From the NCBI GenBank assembly GCA_027320085.1, contig DAHVLZ010000018.1:1-64000 (forward strand): 64,000 bases of DNA. Reading direction: 5' to 3'. Below the pieces are notes generated by a model. That model was not told the DNA's origin and did no database searches. It worked only from the letters and a program-made list of their open reading frames with translations. The position numbers and the translations under genes were made by a program. Positions 47,929 through 58,134 of this stretch are shown here, one piece after another (the first letter of the stretch is position 1; the number at the start of each line of letters is the position of its first letter). This DNA is from Pseudomonadota bacterium (GTDB lineage: Bacteria; Pseudomonadota; Gammaproteobacteria; JAKAQQ01).

Positions 47929-50900
47929 ATGCGTCATGTTGGCCTTTGCGTCCTTGCCTTTCTCGCCCTTCCGGCTTTCGCCCAGGCTTCCGCCGCTCCG
48001 CTGCTTCTCCGGGATCCCACCCTCTCCGCGCACCACCTCGTGTTTTCCTACGGCGGAATCCTCTGGCAGGTCGGACGGCACGGGGGGACGGCTCATCCCT
48101 TGATCACCGGGCATGGGAATCTCGCCCGGCCGCTCTATTCCCCGAACGGTCGCTGGATCGCGTTCACGGCCACCTACCAGGGCAATACCGACGTCTATGT
48201 GGCGCGTGCGGATGGCCGGGATGTCCGCCGGCTCACTTTCTATCCGGGATCCAATATTGCGGTCGGCTGGACGCCGAACAGCCAGGAGATCCTGTTCCGG
48301 TCTGCCCGCTACAGTTCGAGTTACATCCCCGCCCTCTACCTCGTGCCCGTCACCGGCGGTCTCCCGGTGGCGCTCCCGCTGCCGACCGGACAGGTCGGAT
48401 CCTTCTCGCCCACTGGGCGAGAGTTGGCCTATGTGCCGGAGCTTCAGTGGGAACGTTTCTGGCAGCACTACCGGGGCGGTCAGCAGACCACGATCCGCCT
48501 CGCCCGCCTCCAGAACTCCGCAGTGGTCCGGATTCCCCACGGAACGGCGGAGGACCGCGATCCACTCTGGATCGGCCACCACGTCTATTTCCTTTCGAAT
48601 GCGCCCGGAAACTTTACCCTTTTTTCCTACAATGTGAAGACCCGCCACATTCGTGAGCGGCTCCCGGCCCGAAGTCTCGACCTGAGTTCGATCTCGGCCG
48701 GTCCGGGCGCGATCGTGTTTGACCGCTTCGGTCGGATCGGAATCTATGATCTGGCCACGGGTCGGGAACATCCGGTCCGCATCCGGCTTCGGGGCAACGT
48801 GCCGGATTTGCGCACGCGTTACATCAAGGCCGCACCCTACATCCAGGCTTCCGGGATCGCGCCCGATGGTGTGCGTGCCGTCTTCACCGCCTTCGGGAAG
48901 ATCCTGACAGTTCCGGCCCTTCACGGCAGCATCGAAAATCTGACCACCCGTCCCGGTACCATGGATCGCGATCCGGCCTGGTCCCCGAACGGGCGATGGA
49001 TTGCCTATTTTTCGGACCGGACCGGTTCCTATGATCTCGAGATCCGGCCCGATGACGGCGTGGGCCCCCTCCGTCGGATTGCCTTGGGCGAACCCAATGC
49101 CTTCTTCGGGCATCTCCATTGGGCGCCCAATAGCCACCGGCTCGTCTTCAGCGACCAAAAACTCAATCTCTGGGAAGTCGACCTCGGCCACGCGCATCCT
49201 GTCCCGGTCCGGATCGCGACCGACCGTTATGCATCGCCCCTGCACGATTTCCACGCCCGCTGGTCACCCGACAGCCGCTGGATCGTCTATACCCGGCTTT
49301 TGCCCAACTACCTCCATGCTGTGATGGTCTATTCGGTGCAAAGCCACAAGACCCATGCCATCACCCATGGTGCGAGCGATTGTCTCGATCCGGTGTTCGG
49401 TGCGGGTGGACGGGACCTCTACTTCACGGAGAGTACGGATACGGGGCTGACCCAGGGCTGGTTCGATATGACGAGCCTCGACCACCCCATCCGACGGCGT
49501 GTCTATGCGGTCGTCTTGGGTCGGAATGGCGTCTCGCCGCTGCCCTTGCGGAACGGCTTTCCCAAGTCCGCAAAGCCCAAAAAGCCGGTCTCCAAGGCCC
49601 ACCCGCCGCGCGTCCGGATCGACTTTGCCGGACTGTCCGAAAGACGGGTGGTCCTGCCCATTCCACCAGCCAACTACACGGGTCTTGCAGCCGGCCGCCC
49701 GGGTGAGCTTTTCCTGGACAAGGCGCCTCTCGTCCCCATCTCCGAGAACCTGGGTGGCCCGCCCGCTTTCTCCGTCCTCGCGTTCGACTTTGCGAACCGG
49801 CACCTCCGGACGCTTGTGGCCAAGACCCAGGTTTTCCATCTCGCAGCCGATGGCCGGTTCATGCTGACCCGGATCGGACCCCACTGGCAGATCACCTCGA
49901 TCGGGCCGCATCCGGCCCACCATCGTCTGGATACCGCCGCCATGCGGGTCCGGGTCGATCCCCAAGCCTCCTGGGACGAGATGTACCGCGACGTCTGGCG
50001 TATCGAACATGCCTATTTCTACAGCCCGGTTTTCGACGGTACTCCGGTTGTGACCGAGGAGAAGCGTTTTGCCCGCTACCTCCCGGGTGTGGGCAGCCGC
50101 AGCGGACTGAACGATCTCTTCCGCGAGATGCTGAGCTATATCGCGGTGGGCCACATGTTCGTCTCCGGCGGACTAAAGCCGAAAACCCTGCATGTGGGAG
50201 TGGGGCTGCTCGGTGCCAACTACCGGGTCCGGCACGGCCACTACCAGATCACCCGGATCCTCCGGGGAGGGGCCTGGAATCCCACCCTCTATGCCCCCTT
50301 GGCGCAGCCCGGGCTCGATGTCCGCGTGGGAGACTATCTCCTCGCGGTCAACGGTCACCCTCTGCGCTCCTCCGAGAACCTCTACCAGGCCTTTGAGAAC
50401 CTTGCGGGGGCCCATGTTTTGCTCACCGTGGGTCCCCATCCCAATGACCAGGATGCCCATACCTTCACGGTCAAGACCCTCTCCAGCGAGCATGCCCTGC
50501 GCGTTGCGGCCTGGGTGGACCACAATCTCCGGGTGGTCAACCGGTTGAGCCATGGCCGGCTGGGCTATATCTATCTCCCGAACACCGGGCTCCAGGGTTT
50601 CCGGAATTTCAACCGGTTCTTTTTTTCGCAGGTCGACAAGGAAGGACTCATCATCGACGAGCGTTTCAATACCGGGGGGTTCCTCTCGGACTACATCATT
50701 CAGTACTTGAAACGCGAACCGCGCAGCCTCGTCGTGACCCGCTATGGAAAACCCTACATCGAGCCCCCGGAGGCCAATTTCGGACCGCGGGTCATGATCA
50801 TCAACCGCTACTCGGGATCCGGTGGGGACGCCCTGCCCTGGTATTTCAAGATGGAGCACCTGGGTCCCCTGGTGGGGACCCGGACCTGGGGAGGACTCGT

Positions 50901-51195
50901 CGGGATCGGCGGCTACCCGGAACTCATGGATGACGGACACGTCACGGCTCCCCGCTGGGCGGTGGAGGGGCTCAATCGACATTTCCCGGTCGAAAACCAC
51001 GGTATTAAGCCCACGGTCACGGTCTGGCAGAACCCGGCAAAGGTCCGGGTGGGCGAGGATCCCCAGCTCGATCGGGCGATCGCAATCGCGCTCCGTCTGA
51101 TCCGCGAGCACCCCTTGCCCCATCCCCAAAGGGCCCCGTACCGCAACTACCACCTCCATCTGCCCCGGATCCCGGCGTCGCACCGGACGCACTGA
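47929..51195 (+). CDS. Tricorn-like S41 protease, exported
   Basis: Signal peptide, PD40 propeller repeats, PDZ-like segment, IIDERFNTGG, catalytic SGSGGD, GTRTWGG. Confidence 0.93.
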   Translation: MRHVGLCVLAFLALPAFAQASAAPLLLRDPTLSAHHLVFSYGGILWQVGRHGGTAHPLITGHGNLARPLYSPNGRWIAFTATYQGNTDVYVARADGRDVRRLTFYPGSNIAVGWTPNSQEILFRSARYSSSYIPALYLVPVTGGLPVALPLPTGQVGSFSPTGRELAYVPELQWERFWQHYRGGQQTTIRLARLQNSAVVRIPHGTAEDRDPLWIGHHVYFLSNAPGNFTLFSYNVKTRHIRERLPARSLDLSSISAGPGAIVFDRFGRIGIYDLATGREHPVRIRLRGNVPDLRTRYIKAAPYIQASGIAPDGVRAVFTAFGKILTVPALHGSIENLTTRPGTMDRDPAWSPNGRWIAYFSDRTGSYDLEIRPDDGVGPLRRIALGEPNAFFGHLHWAPNSHRLVFSDQKLNLWEVDLGHAHPVPVRIATDRYASPLHDFHARWSPDSRWIVYTRLLPNYLHAVMVYSVQSHKTHAITHGASDCLDPVFGAGGRDLYFTESTDTGLTQGWFDMTSLDHPIRRRVYAVVLGRNGVSPLPLRNGFPKSAKPKKPVSKAHPPRVRIDFAGLSERRVVLPIPPANYTGLAAGRPGELFLDKAPLVPISENLGGPPAFSVLAFDFANRHLRTLVAKTQVFHLAADGRFMLTRIGPHWQITSIGPHPAHHRLDTAAMRVRVDPQASWDEMYRDVWRIEHAYFYSPVFDGTPVVTEEKRFARYLPGVGSRSGLNDLFREMLSYIAVGHMFVSGGLKPKTLHVGVGLLGANYRVRHGHYQITRILRGGAWNPTLYAPLAQPGLDVRVGDYLLAVNGHPLRSSENLYQAFENLAGAHVLLTVGPHPNDQDAHTFTVKTLSSEHALRVAAWVDHNLRVVNRLSHGRLGYIYLPNTGLQGFRNFNRFFFSQVDKEGLIIDERFNTGGFLSDYIIQYLKREPRSLVVTRYGKPYIEPPEANFGPRVMIINRYSGSGGDALPWYFKMEHLGPLVGTRTWGGLVGIGGYPELMDDGHVTAPRWAVEGLNRHFPVENHGIKPTVTVWQNPAKVRVGEDPQLDRAIAIALRLIREHPLPHPQRAPYRNYHLHLPRIPASHRTH

Positions 51196-51251
51196 AGCCA
51201 AAGACGCGGAGGGCCGGATCAGGTCCCCCGGGGGAGATCCCTCCGGGGGCT

Positions 51252-53390
51252 TCAGGGTGCCACGTCGAGGAGGAGCGCCGTCAAGGGCGGGAGATCAATC
51301 GTCCCAGGCTCCCCGGGCGGCTTGGTCTTGAAGAGTTCCTCCAAAGAGCTCCGGCCCCCGTAGTTGACCCACTCGCTGTTGAGAAGCAGGCGAAGAGAGC
51401 CTGCGCCGACCGGGGGGAGGGGATAATCGCACATCGCCAGGCGGCCGAAGTTGAAGATCCCGATGAGGGGGCGGCCCTTCCGGTCCAGGCGGGCGAAGGA
51501 CAGCACGGCCGAGCCGGGGGCGGGACAATCGATCCATTTGAAGCCCCGTTCGTCGAAATCAAGGTCGTAAAGCGAGGGATGGGTCGCATAGAGCCGTCCC
51601 AGGTCACGGTTCAGCCGGAGGATCCCGGATCCGGGGGGGCGCCCGGCCTCCTCCCAGTCGAGCCCACTCTTGAGCATCCACTCGCGGGAGGCGCCAAACT
51701 CGTTGCCCATGAAGCTAAGCTTTTTGCCCGGGGTCAGCATCTGGTAGACCAGAAGGAGCCGGAGACTGGCCCGTGCCTCTTGCGGGCTGCCCGACATTTT
51801 GTCGATGAGCGGACCCTTTCCGTGGGTTACTTCGTCATGGGAGAGGGGCAGGAGAAAGCGCTCGGTGAAGGCGTAGATGCGGTTGAAGGTGAGGAGTTGG
51901 GGTTGGGCAGTCCGTGCGGGAGGGAGAAGGTGCAGGTAGTCCACGGTATCGTGGAACCAGCCCAGGTTCCACTTCAGGGAAAAGCCGAGTCCGCCGTCCT
52001 GGGTGGGATGGGTGACGTGGGGCCACGCCGAGGATTCCTCGGCGATCAAGAGGATGCCCGTCTGCGCGTTCTCGGCCCACCCCGTGAGCGTGCGGAGGAA
52101 TGAGACCGCCTCCAGGTTTTCATGGGTCCCCAGGCGGTTCGGAATCCACTCGCCGGGACCGCGCGAGTAGTCCCGGTAGAGCATGGAACTCACGGCATCG
52201 ACCCGAAGTCCGTCCAGGTGGAATTCCTCGAGCCAGAAGATGGCGCTCGAGAGCAGGAAACTGCGGACCTCGGGGCGGCCAAAGTTGAAGATCAGGGTCC
52301 CCCAGTCGGGATGCCATCCTTCCCGCGGATCTGCGTACTCGTAGAGGGGCTCCCCGTCGAAGCGGCTGAGCGCCCCCTCGTTCCCTGGGAAATGGGCCGG
52401 AACCCAGTCGAGTATGACGCCGATCCCTGCTTCATGACAAGTCTCCACGAAGGCCCGGAAGTCGTCCGGGCTTCCGTACCTCGAAGTGGGGGCGAAATAG
52501 CCGGTGGCCTGGTATCCCCAGGACTCGTCCAAAGGATGCTCCAGGATGGGCAGGAGCTCGATGTGGGTGTAGCCCAAAAGCCGGCAGTGCTCGACGAGAT
52601 CACGGGCCACATCCCGGTAGTTGGGCCAGCCGGGATCCGAACTCCGCTTCCAGGAACCGAGGTGCACCTCGTAGATCTGCAGGGGTTCGTGTTGCCAATC
52701 CCACTTCTTCCTGCGCTCAAGCCATTCTGCATCGTGCCAGATGTGCTGCTGTTCCGGAATCCGGGCCTTGGGTCCCGGGCGCATCTCAAATGCCCGGCCA
52801 TAGGGATCGGCACGCAGAAGGACCGGGCCCTCGCGGGCTTTGAGCGCAAACTGGTAGCCGGAGTTGTCGTCTTCGAGTCCGGGAATGAAAAGCTCCCAGA
52901 CCCCGCTGGTGCCACGGGGTCGCAGGGGATGGAACGCCGGATTCCACCCGTTGAAGTCGCCGACTACGCTCACCTGGATGGCGCGCGGTGCCCAGACGGC
53001 GAAAAACAGTCCCGGAACACCCTCATGCACGATGCGCTTCGCCCCGAGATGCTGAGGAGCGTCGAGGAGGGTCCCGGCGTTCAAGCGCGCCAGAACGGTC
53101 CCATCCAGGACCGGCCCGAAAAGATAGGGGTCGTAACGTTCGTGGGAGCCGAGTCTGTCGTGCCACAAAAGCCGGTAGGGCGTGGGCAAGGGTGAGCCCT
53201 CGCGCACGAAGAACCCGTTCAGATCATCGACACAGTCAAGCTTGTGCGGTGTACCGGTCGTCAAAATCTGGACGTATTCTGCCTCAGGTAGCACCACCCG
53301 CTGAATGGCTTGTGGTCCCCGCTGGTGCTGACCCCGCCATGCGAAGGGATCGGGAGTGTCTGCGAGGAAAGCCGCCTTCCTTTGGGGCAA
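51252..53390 (-). CDS. glgB: 1,4-alpha-glucan branching enzyme
   Basis: FAVWAP, IYEVHLGSW, SWGYQ, RVDAV, IAEES, LSHDEV; TTG start at 53390 is inferred. Confidence 0.93.
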   Translation of the reverse strand: MPQRKAAFLADTPDPFAWRGQHQRGPQAIQRVVLPEAEYVQILTTGTPHKLDCVDDLNGFFVREGSPLPTPYRLLWHDRLGSHERYDPYLFGPVLDGTVLARLNAGTLLDAPQHLGAKRIVHEGVPGLFFAVWAPRAIQVSVVGDFNGWNPAFHPLRPRGTSGVWELFIPGLEDDNSGYQFALKAREGPVLLRADPYGRAFEMRPGPKARIPEQQHIWHDAEWLERRKKWDWQHEPLQIYEVHLGSWKRSSDPGWPNYRDVARDLVEHCRLLGYTHIELLPILEHPLDESWGYQATGYFAPTSRYGSPDDFRAFVETCHEAGIGVILDWVPAHFPGNEGALSRFDGEPLYEYADPREGWHPDWGTLIFNFGRPEVRSFLLSSAIFWLEEFHLDGLRVDAVSSMLYRDYSRGPGEWIPNRLGTHENLEAVSFLRTLTGWAENAQTGILLIAEESSAWPHVTHPTQDGGLGFSLKWNLGWFHDTVDYLHLLPPARTAQPQLLTFNRIYAFTERFLLPLSHDEVTHGKGPLIDKMSGSPQEARASLRLLLVYQMLTPGKKLSFMGNEFGASREWMLKSGLDWEEAGRPPGSGILRLNRDLGRLYATHPSLYDLDFDERGFKWIDCPAPGSAVLSFARLDRKGRPLIGIFNFGRLAMCDYPLPPVGAGSLRLLLNSEWVNYGGRSSLEELFKTKPPGEPGTIDLPPLTALLLDVAP

Positions 53391-53397
53391 GGGGCGC

Positions 53398-55299
53398 TTA
53401 ACCGTTGAGGGGGGAGGGGGCCGGGGCGGCCAGCGCCATGCGCACATGGCGGATAAACCGGGTCATGCCGGTTTCGCCGATGAGCCGGTCATGGGGGAGC
53501 GGCGGACCTTCGGCCGTATAGAAAAGGAAGGTCGGCGGACCCAGGATGTGGAAATGATGGAGAAGCAGGCGGGCATTCGGCGTATCCCGGGTGAGGTCGA
53601 CCCGGATGAATGCCAGCCTCGGGGCAAGGGTACCGATGGTGCGGTTTCCATCGAGCCGCTGGTCCATCAAGCGACAGGAGATGCACCACTGGGCCCAGAA
53701 GTCGACCACGGCGGCCCTTTGGTTTTGCTGCGCACGATGGAGGGCCCGGTCGAGCTGGTCGAGACTCGTGACCTGGATCCAGCTGACCGGATGACCGGCC
53801 GGTCCCGGGGTGCGGGCGGTTGCCACAGGGGATAAGGCGGGGAGGGGTTCTAGGAGATTCGTTCCGCCAAGACTGGCCCCCACGATTTCCATGGCCCCCA
53901 GGAGGGTGAAGAGCGCGCAGAGTGCCCAAAGCCAGGGGGAGGCTCCCGGGGTTTTGGCACGGCTCAGCCGTTCCGCCTGGTTCAGGAAGCCTCCGCCGAG
54001 AAGGAGCACAATGCCGGCCAACGCCAGGATCCATGACATGGGGAGGAGGTCGCTGAGATACCAGAGGGCGAGGGCCAGAAGTAAAAAGCCCAGGAGGATG
54101 TTCACGGCCCTGAGCCAGGGTCCGCTTTTGGGCCAGAAACGGCCAGCGGTCAGGCCGAAGACCAGGAGGGGGAGACCCATGCCGATGCCCAGGGAGAAAA
54201 GGAGGATCCCCCCCCGTACAACGGCCCCATGCTGAGCGATCAGGATGAGAATGGCCGCGAGTGGCGGGATCAGGCAAGGTCCGACCAGGACCGCGGAGAT
54301 CACGCCCATCACGGCACTCCCGGCGAGACTGCCCGCAGGTCCTTCCCGGGACTGGTTGCGGTTCGCCCAATCCTGGACGACGCTCGGCAGGCGGAGTTCG
54401 AAGAGACCGAAGAGGGAAAGCGCCAGTGCGACGAACAGGGCAGCCAAAAGCCCGATGACCCAGGGGGTCTCGAGAATGGTGCTGAGACTGCGTCCCAGGG
54501 CACCTGCAATCAGGCCCGCTGCGGTGTAGGAGAGGGCAAGTGCCAAAACGTAGACCAAAGCCCGTGGCAGGAGCGAACGGATCCGTCGCGAATCCCCCCG
54601 GCTCAGAACCGTTACGATGATCGGGATCATCGGCGCCGAGCAGGGGGTGAAGGTGAGAAGTACTCCCATCAGGACGAAGGCGAGAATGGCGAGCGCCAGC
54701 GGGGCATGGAGTGTGAGATGCCCCGCCTTCCGTTCCAGGTTCCCAAAAGATCCGAAGAGGGTCGGATGGGTCTTTCTGTCGTGAGAGGACGGCTGGATGT
54801 GGGAGGCAGGCAGGCTCAGGGTCCGGTGGACCGGCGGGTAACACAAGCCGGCGGCCGAACAGCCCTGGTAGCGGACTTTGAGTATCAAAGCCTGACCGTG
54901 CGTTCCGTAGACCGGCAGTGGGAGAGCCAGACGATTGAAAAACACGTGCACGATACCGAAGGTCCCATCGTTCCGGAGTGTGGAGGCTGGGAACAGGGGT
55001 GCGCCCAGTCGCGTGTGGGCTGGAGCCATCACCCGGAAACGGAACTGGCGGCGGTAGAGGTAGTAGCCCGGCCCAAGCCTCCAGGTGAGCATCACGGTCT
55101 CGCGGTCCGGGCGGGTGGCGCGGAGGACGAAGGCTTGGTTCACGGGGAGAAAATGGTGGGATCCGCGGGCCAGAAGCCGGCTCAGGATGGAGGGTCGGGC
55201 GCCCGCCGTGGGGCCTGCCAGTAAAAGGGCGGTCAGCGAGAGCGCACAGAAGAGCGTGGACGACCGGGGCGATGGATACGGGCGGTCCATGAAAGGCAA
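53398..55299 (-). CDS. dsbD: Thiol:disulfide interchange protein
   Basis: GYYLY, YQGC...GLCYPP, TPC..PMIPI, GPC..PPL, WCISC. Confidence 0.95.
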   Translation of the reverse strand: MPFMDRPYPSPRSSTLFCALSLTALLLAGPTAGARPSILSRLLARGSHHFLPVNQAFVLRATRPDRETVMLTWRLGPGYYLYRRQFRFRVMAPAHTRLGAPLFPASTLRNDGTFGIVHVFFNRLALPLPVYGTHGQALILKVRYQGCSAAGLCYPPVHRTLSLPASHIQPSSHDRKTHPTLFGSFGNLERKAGHLTLHAPLALAILAFVLMGVLLTFTPCSAPMIPIIVTVLSRGDSRRIRSLLPRALVYVLALALSYTAAGLIAGALGRSLSTILETPWVIGLLAALFVALALSLFGLFELRLPSVVQDWANRNQSREGPAGSLAGSAVMGVISAVLVGPCLIPPLAAILILIAQHGAVVRGGILLFSLGIGMGLPLLVFGLTAGRFWPKSGPWLRAVNILLGFLLLALALWYLSDLLPMSWILALAGIVLLLGGGFLNQAERLSRAKTPGASPWLWALCALFTLLGAMEIVGASLGGTNLLEPLPALSPVATARTPGPAGHPVSWIQVTSLDQLDRALHRAQQNQRAAVVDFWAQWCISCRLMDQRLDGNRTIGTLAPRLAFIRVDLTRDTPNARLLLHHFHILGPPTFLFYTAEGPPLPHDRLIGETGMTRFIRHVRMALAAPAPSPLNG

Positions 55300-55468
55300 C
55301 CTCGAAACTTCAGGGCCGGCCGCAAGGGTTCAGGGATTCGGGCCGCCCAAACGAAGGAAGGGAATGGGACAGTGTAGCAGAAGCCGGAGGGGCGCCCCGA
55401 GCCCGTGTTTGCCTGCCGGGGCCGGTTCATTTCACCGGGAGAACGAAACGCCCGCCTCCTCCAGGTGG

Positions 55469-55501
55469 AAAAGCCGGCCCCGGGGCTGCGCCCGGGGCCG
55501 G
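55469..55501 (-). terminator. Rho-independent terminator
   Basis: CCGGCCCCGGG/CCCGGGGCCGG stem followed by CTTTT on the minus strand. Confidence 0.65.
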
Positions 55502-55551
55502 GTTGCCAGGGGTTGAGGACGGATCGGTCCTGAGAAAAGATCAGCCCGCAA

Positions 55552-56103
55552 CTAGTGGTGCATTCCGCCCATCCGATGCATCCGGTGCCAGACGTGCATC
55601 ATGTGCATGCGCATCTTCGCTGTAAGTCTGAGGTAGATGATCCGTTGTGCGGGATCGAGCAGACGATAGCCCTTGAGATGGAAGGGAATCATCACGTAGC
55701 CGAGATAGGTTTGTGCCCGACCCACCGCCATGACATCACCCACGAGTGCCCGGATGGATGGATTGGGAGCCCGCGCCGCCATCCGGTAGTTCCGGTAAGC
55801 CGCCTTGAGTTGGCGGACTCCTCGACCCGTCTCCATCATCATTCCCATGGCCAGATGCTTCTCTTCCGCCACCTGTTGTGGGGTCAAGTGGAGGGCTGCG
55901 GCATGCATGAGATCCCAGTGCGGACCAGGATGGAAGACGAAGAAGATGAAGGGAAAGCCGAGCGAATGATGCATGAAATACATCCCCCGCTTCGCCCGGG
56001 TGACCGGTCGGCCATGCATGGCCGCATGGGCCGGACTGAGGCCTGCCGCCACGGTGGCCAGGGCCATCGCCAAGACGGCGTTCTTCATGGTTGCTTTGGA
56101 CAT
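55552..56103 (-). CDS. Secreted His/Met-rich Spy/CpxP-like protein
   Basis: Signal peptide ending AHA; LHLTPQQ and LLDPAQR (LTxxQ-like); tail MRMHMMHVWHRMHRMGGMHH; GGAGG RBS. Confidence 0.7.
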   Translation of the reverse strand: MSKATMKNAVLAMALATVAAGLSPAHAAMHGRPVTRAKRGMYFMHHSLGFPFIFFVFHPGPHWDLMHAAALHLTPQQVAEEKHLAMGMMMETGRGVRQLKAAYRNYRMAARAPNPSIRALVGDVMAVGRAQTYLGYVMIPFHLKGYRLLDPAQRIIYLRLTAKMRMHMMHVWHRMHRMGGMHH

Positions 56104-56459
56104 CGGGAACCTCCGGAAGATGTGACGCTTACCGGTATGCTGCGACGCAATCGCAGTTGTGTCAACCCGCGGATGGGATCGGAGCCTTTTCAATCCAAAA
56201 GTCACCGACATGAGCAAGTATTCTCACGAATCGGATCAAACATCCCAGATGTCCTCCTGCAGCCTGCCGGGCTGGTGTAGACGATTCTGGGCGAGAAGGT
56301 GAGTACGGGGGGCTTTCGAGCTGGCCGGGACGGCGCCCTTTGCTGTGATCCGAAGTTCAAAAAGCGCTGGTTCGCCCACTGCAAAGCTGGTCCGTGGGTG
56401 CGGGGGAGATGAAAATGCCACAATAATATCGCCATGTTGCCCTCCTTCGGGGGAATGCC

Positions 56460-56762
56460 ATGTTCAATCCCGAGTCTTGGAGTTTTCTTGAACAGATTGC
56501 TCCCCGATATATCTGGTGGAAGACACCGGACGATGCCTTGCGTTATCCCAACCGCCTGATTGCACAAGTCATGGATATCGGCACCTTTGAAGATATCCAG
56601 ATCTTGGTCCGGCTGCTCGGAGAGGAACGATTGGCTGGTGTCCTGCGACACGTTGAGCCCGGTTGGCTTCGTCCGCAATCCTGGGCCTACTGGCACTATC
56701 GATTGGGACTGGTTGAGGCCAAAGAGCCCCTGCCGCCAGAACCGCAGAGAAAAATTGCTTGA
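56460..56762 (+). CDS. Small putative antitoxin partner of an AbiEii-type nucleotidyltransferase
   Basis: YIWW......AQVMDIGT..D and SWAYWHYRL; lies just upstream of the AbiEii gene. Confidence 0.7.
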   Translation: MFNPESWSFLEQIAPRYIWWKTPDDALRYPNRLIAQVMDIGTFEDIQILVRLLGEERLAGVLRHVEPGWLRPQSWAYWHYRLGLVEAKEPLPPEPQRKIA

Positions 56763-56772
56763 GTCTTGGGGG

Positions 56773-57518
56773 ATGCAGACATTCAGCCCTCGCAAGGACG
56801 TTCTGCCGTTGGCGCAGCAACAGCTTTGGCCCCAGTTGCGCCCCACAATCGATCTCGGGCTGGTGCTTTACGGTGGTACGGCAATAGCGCTCCGGGTCGG
56901 ACACCGCCAATCCGTTGATTTTGGCTTTTTTACAGATAAATCACTGCATAAGTCGTCACTACGTCGGGAAATGCCTTTCCTGAACGACGGCATCGTCCTG
57001 CAGGACCAAGTGGACACGCTGACGGTTCAGGCTCCGTCCGGTAATCTCACGGAGAGCCCCGTGAAGATCTCGTTCTTTGGATCTATTCGCTCCGGGAGGG
57101 TCGGTGAACCGGAAATGACCGATGATGGTGTGCTCCAGGTTGCATCCCTTCCGGACTTGCTCGCAACCAAGTTGAAAGTCATACTCCAGCGAGCGGAGGC
57201 CAAAGATTATCAAGACATCGCGGCAATATTACGGGCGGGCGTGTCTCTGGAATGCGGTTTGGCCTCGGCGCGCCAGATATTCGGCAATGCCTTTCAACCA
57301 GCGGAGGGCCTGCGTGCGCTCGTCTACTTCAAGGGGGGGATTTGGATACGTTGGATCTGACAGTAAGGCATGCGCTCGTGGAATCCGCATCGCGAGTCAA
57401 AGAACTGCCTGATTCTCCCGTTGTCAGCACGGCACTGTCTCCATCGCCCAGTTCCATGAAAATCAAGGAGCGGAAACGGGATCTTGACCATGATCCTTGG
57501 GGTGATTTCGGTAGATAG
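56773..57518 (+). pseudogene. AbiEii/AbiGii-family nucleotidyltransferase, frameshifted
   Basis: LYGGTAIALRVGHRQSVDFGFF, K......R...KDY.DI; frame break at G7 (57333-57339) with DLDTL... continuing in the other frame. Confidence 0.8.
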
Positions 57519-57649
57519 CCTATCGGTGGATGGCAAACACTACCGATGTCCTTATGAAGCTCCCCCATGCTTCGTTCCCGGCATCGGGCCGGTGCGCGAG
57601 ACTCGGCGGAAGCAAAAACCGGTGCTGGGAGACTATCGACGAAGAACGA

Positions 57650-57825
57650 CATGGGTCGCCCTCATGAATTCCGTCGCCGGACATGCGCCGGAATGTCCGG
57701 GTCGCGAATGCCCATTCGTGCAGTGCCCGACCGCCAACGCCCAGTGGATGATCCAGGCTCTGATGCGCTCCCGCACCGAAACCGTCGATCGAGATCGAGA
57801 AAGATCCCCCGCGGACTTTACTCAT
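57650..57825 (-). pseudogene. N-terminal fragment of a RibD-C/dihydrofolate reductase family protein
   Basis: MSKVR...FSISIDGFGAG..QSL..PLG..G..LHEW.F.TRTF; similarity stops after about 55 aa. Confidence 0.7.
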
Positions 57826-58134
57826 GGGCCCAGCTCTTCGCCCCCGCGGTTCACGGGTCCAGTGTACGCCACCCCTGGTGCTAGTAACGCACGCCCCGGT
57901 TCAGGTTTCGCCGGGGACAAAATGATTCGCGCCTTCAGATACCTGAACTTTCCGAGGATGAGCCGACTTTCCGGTTTCCTGTGCCCCATCCGGTTTTGTG
58001 CCAACCACCGGAGCCTCGCCGGATAGGCCACTTTCCCGGGTTCTGCCCACGCCATCCCGGCCCGGGGGACAAGGAGGTTCGGGCCGCTCTTTGCTACACT
58101 GGGTGGACTTTTCGGTTGAGCCCTGGCCCGTTTC

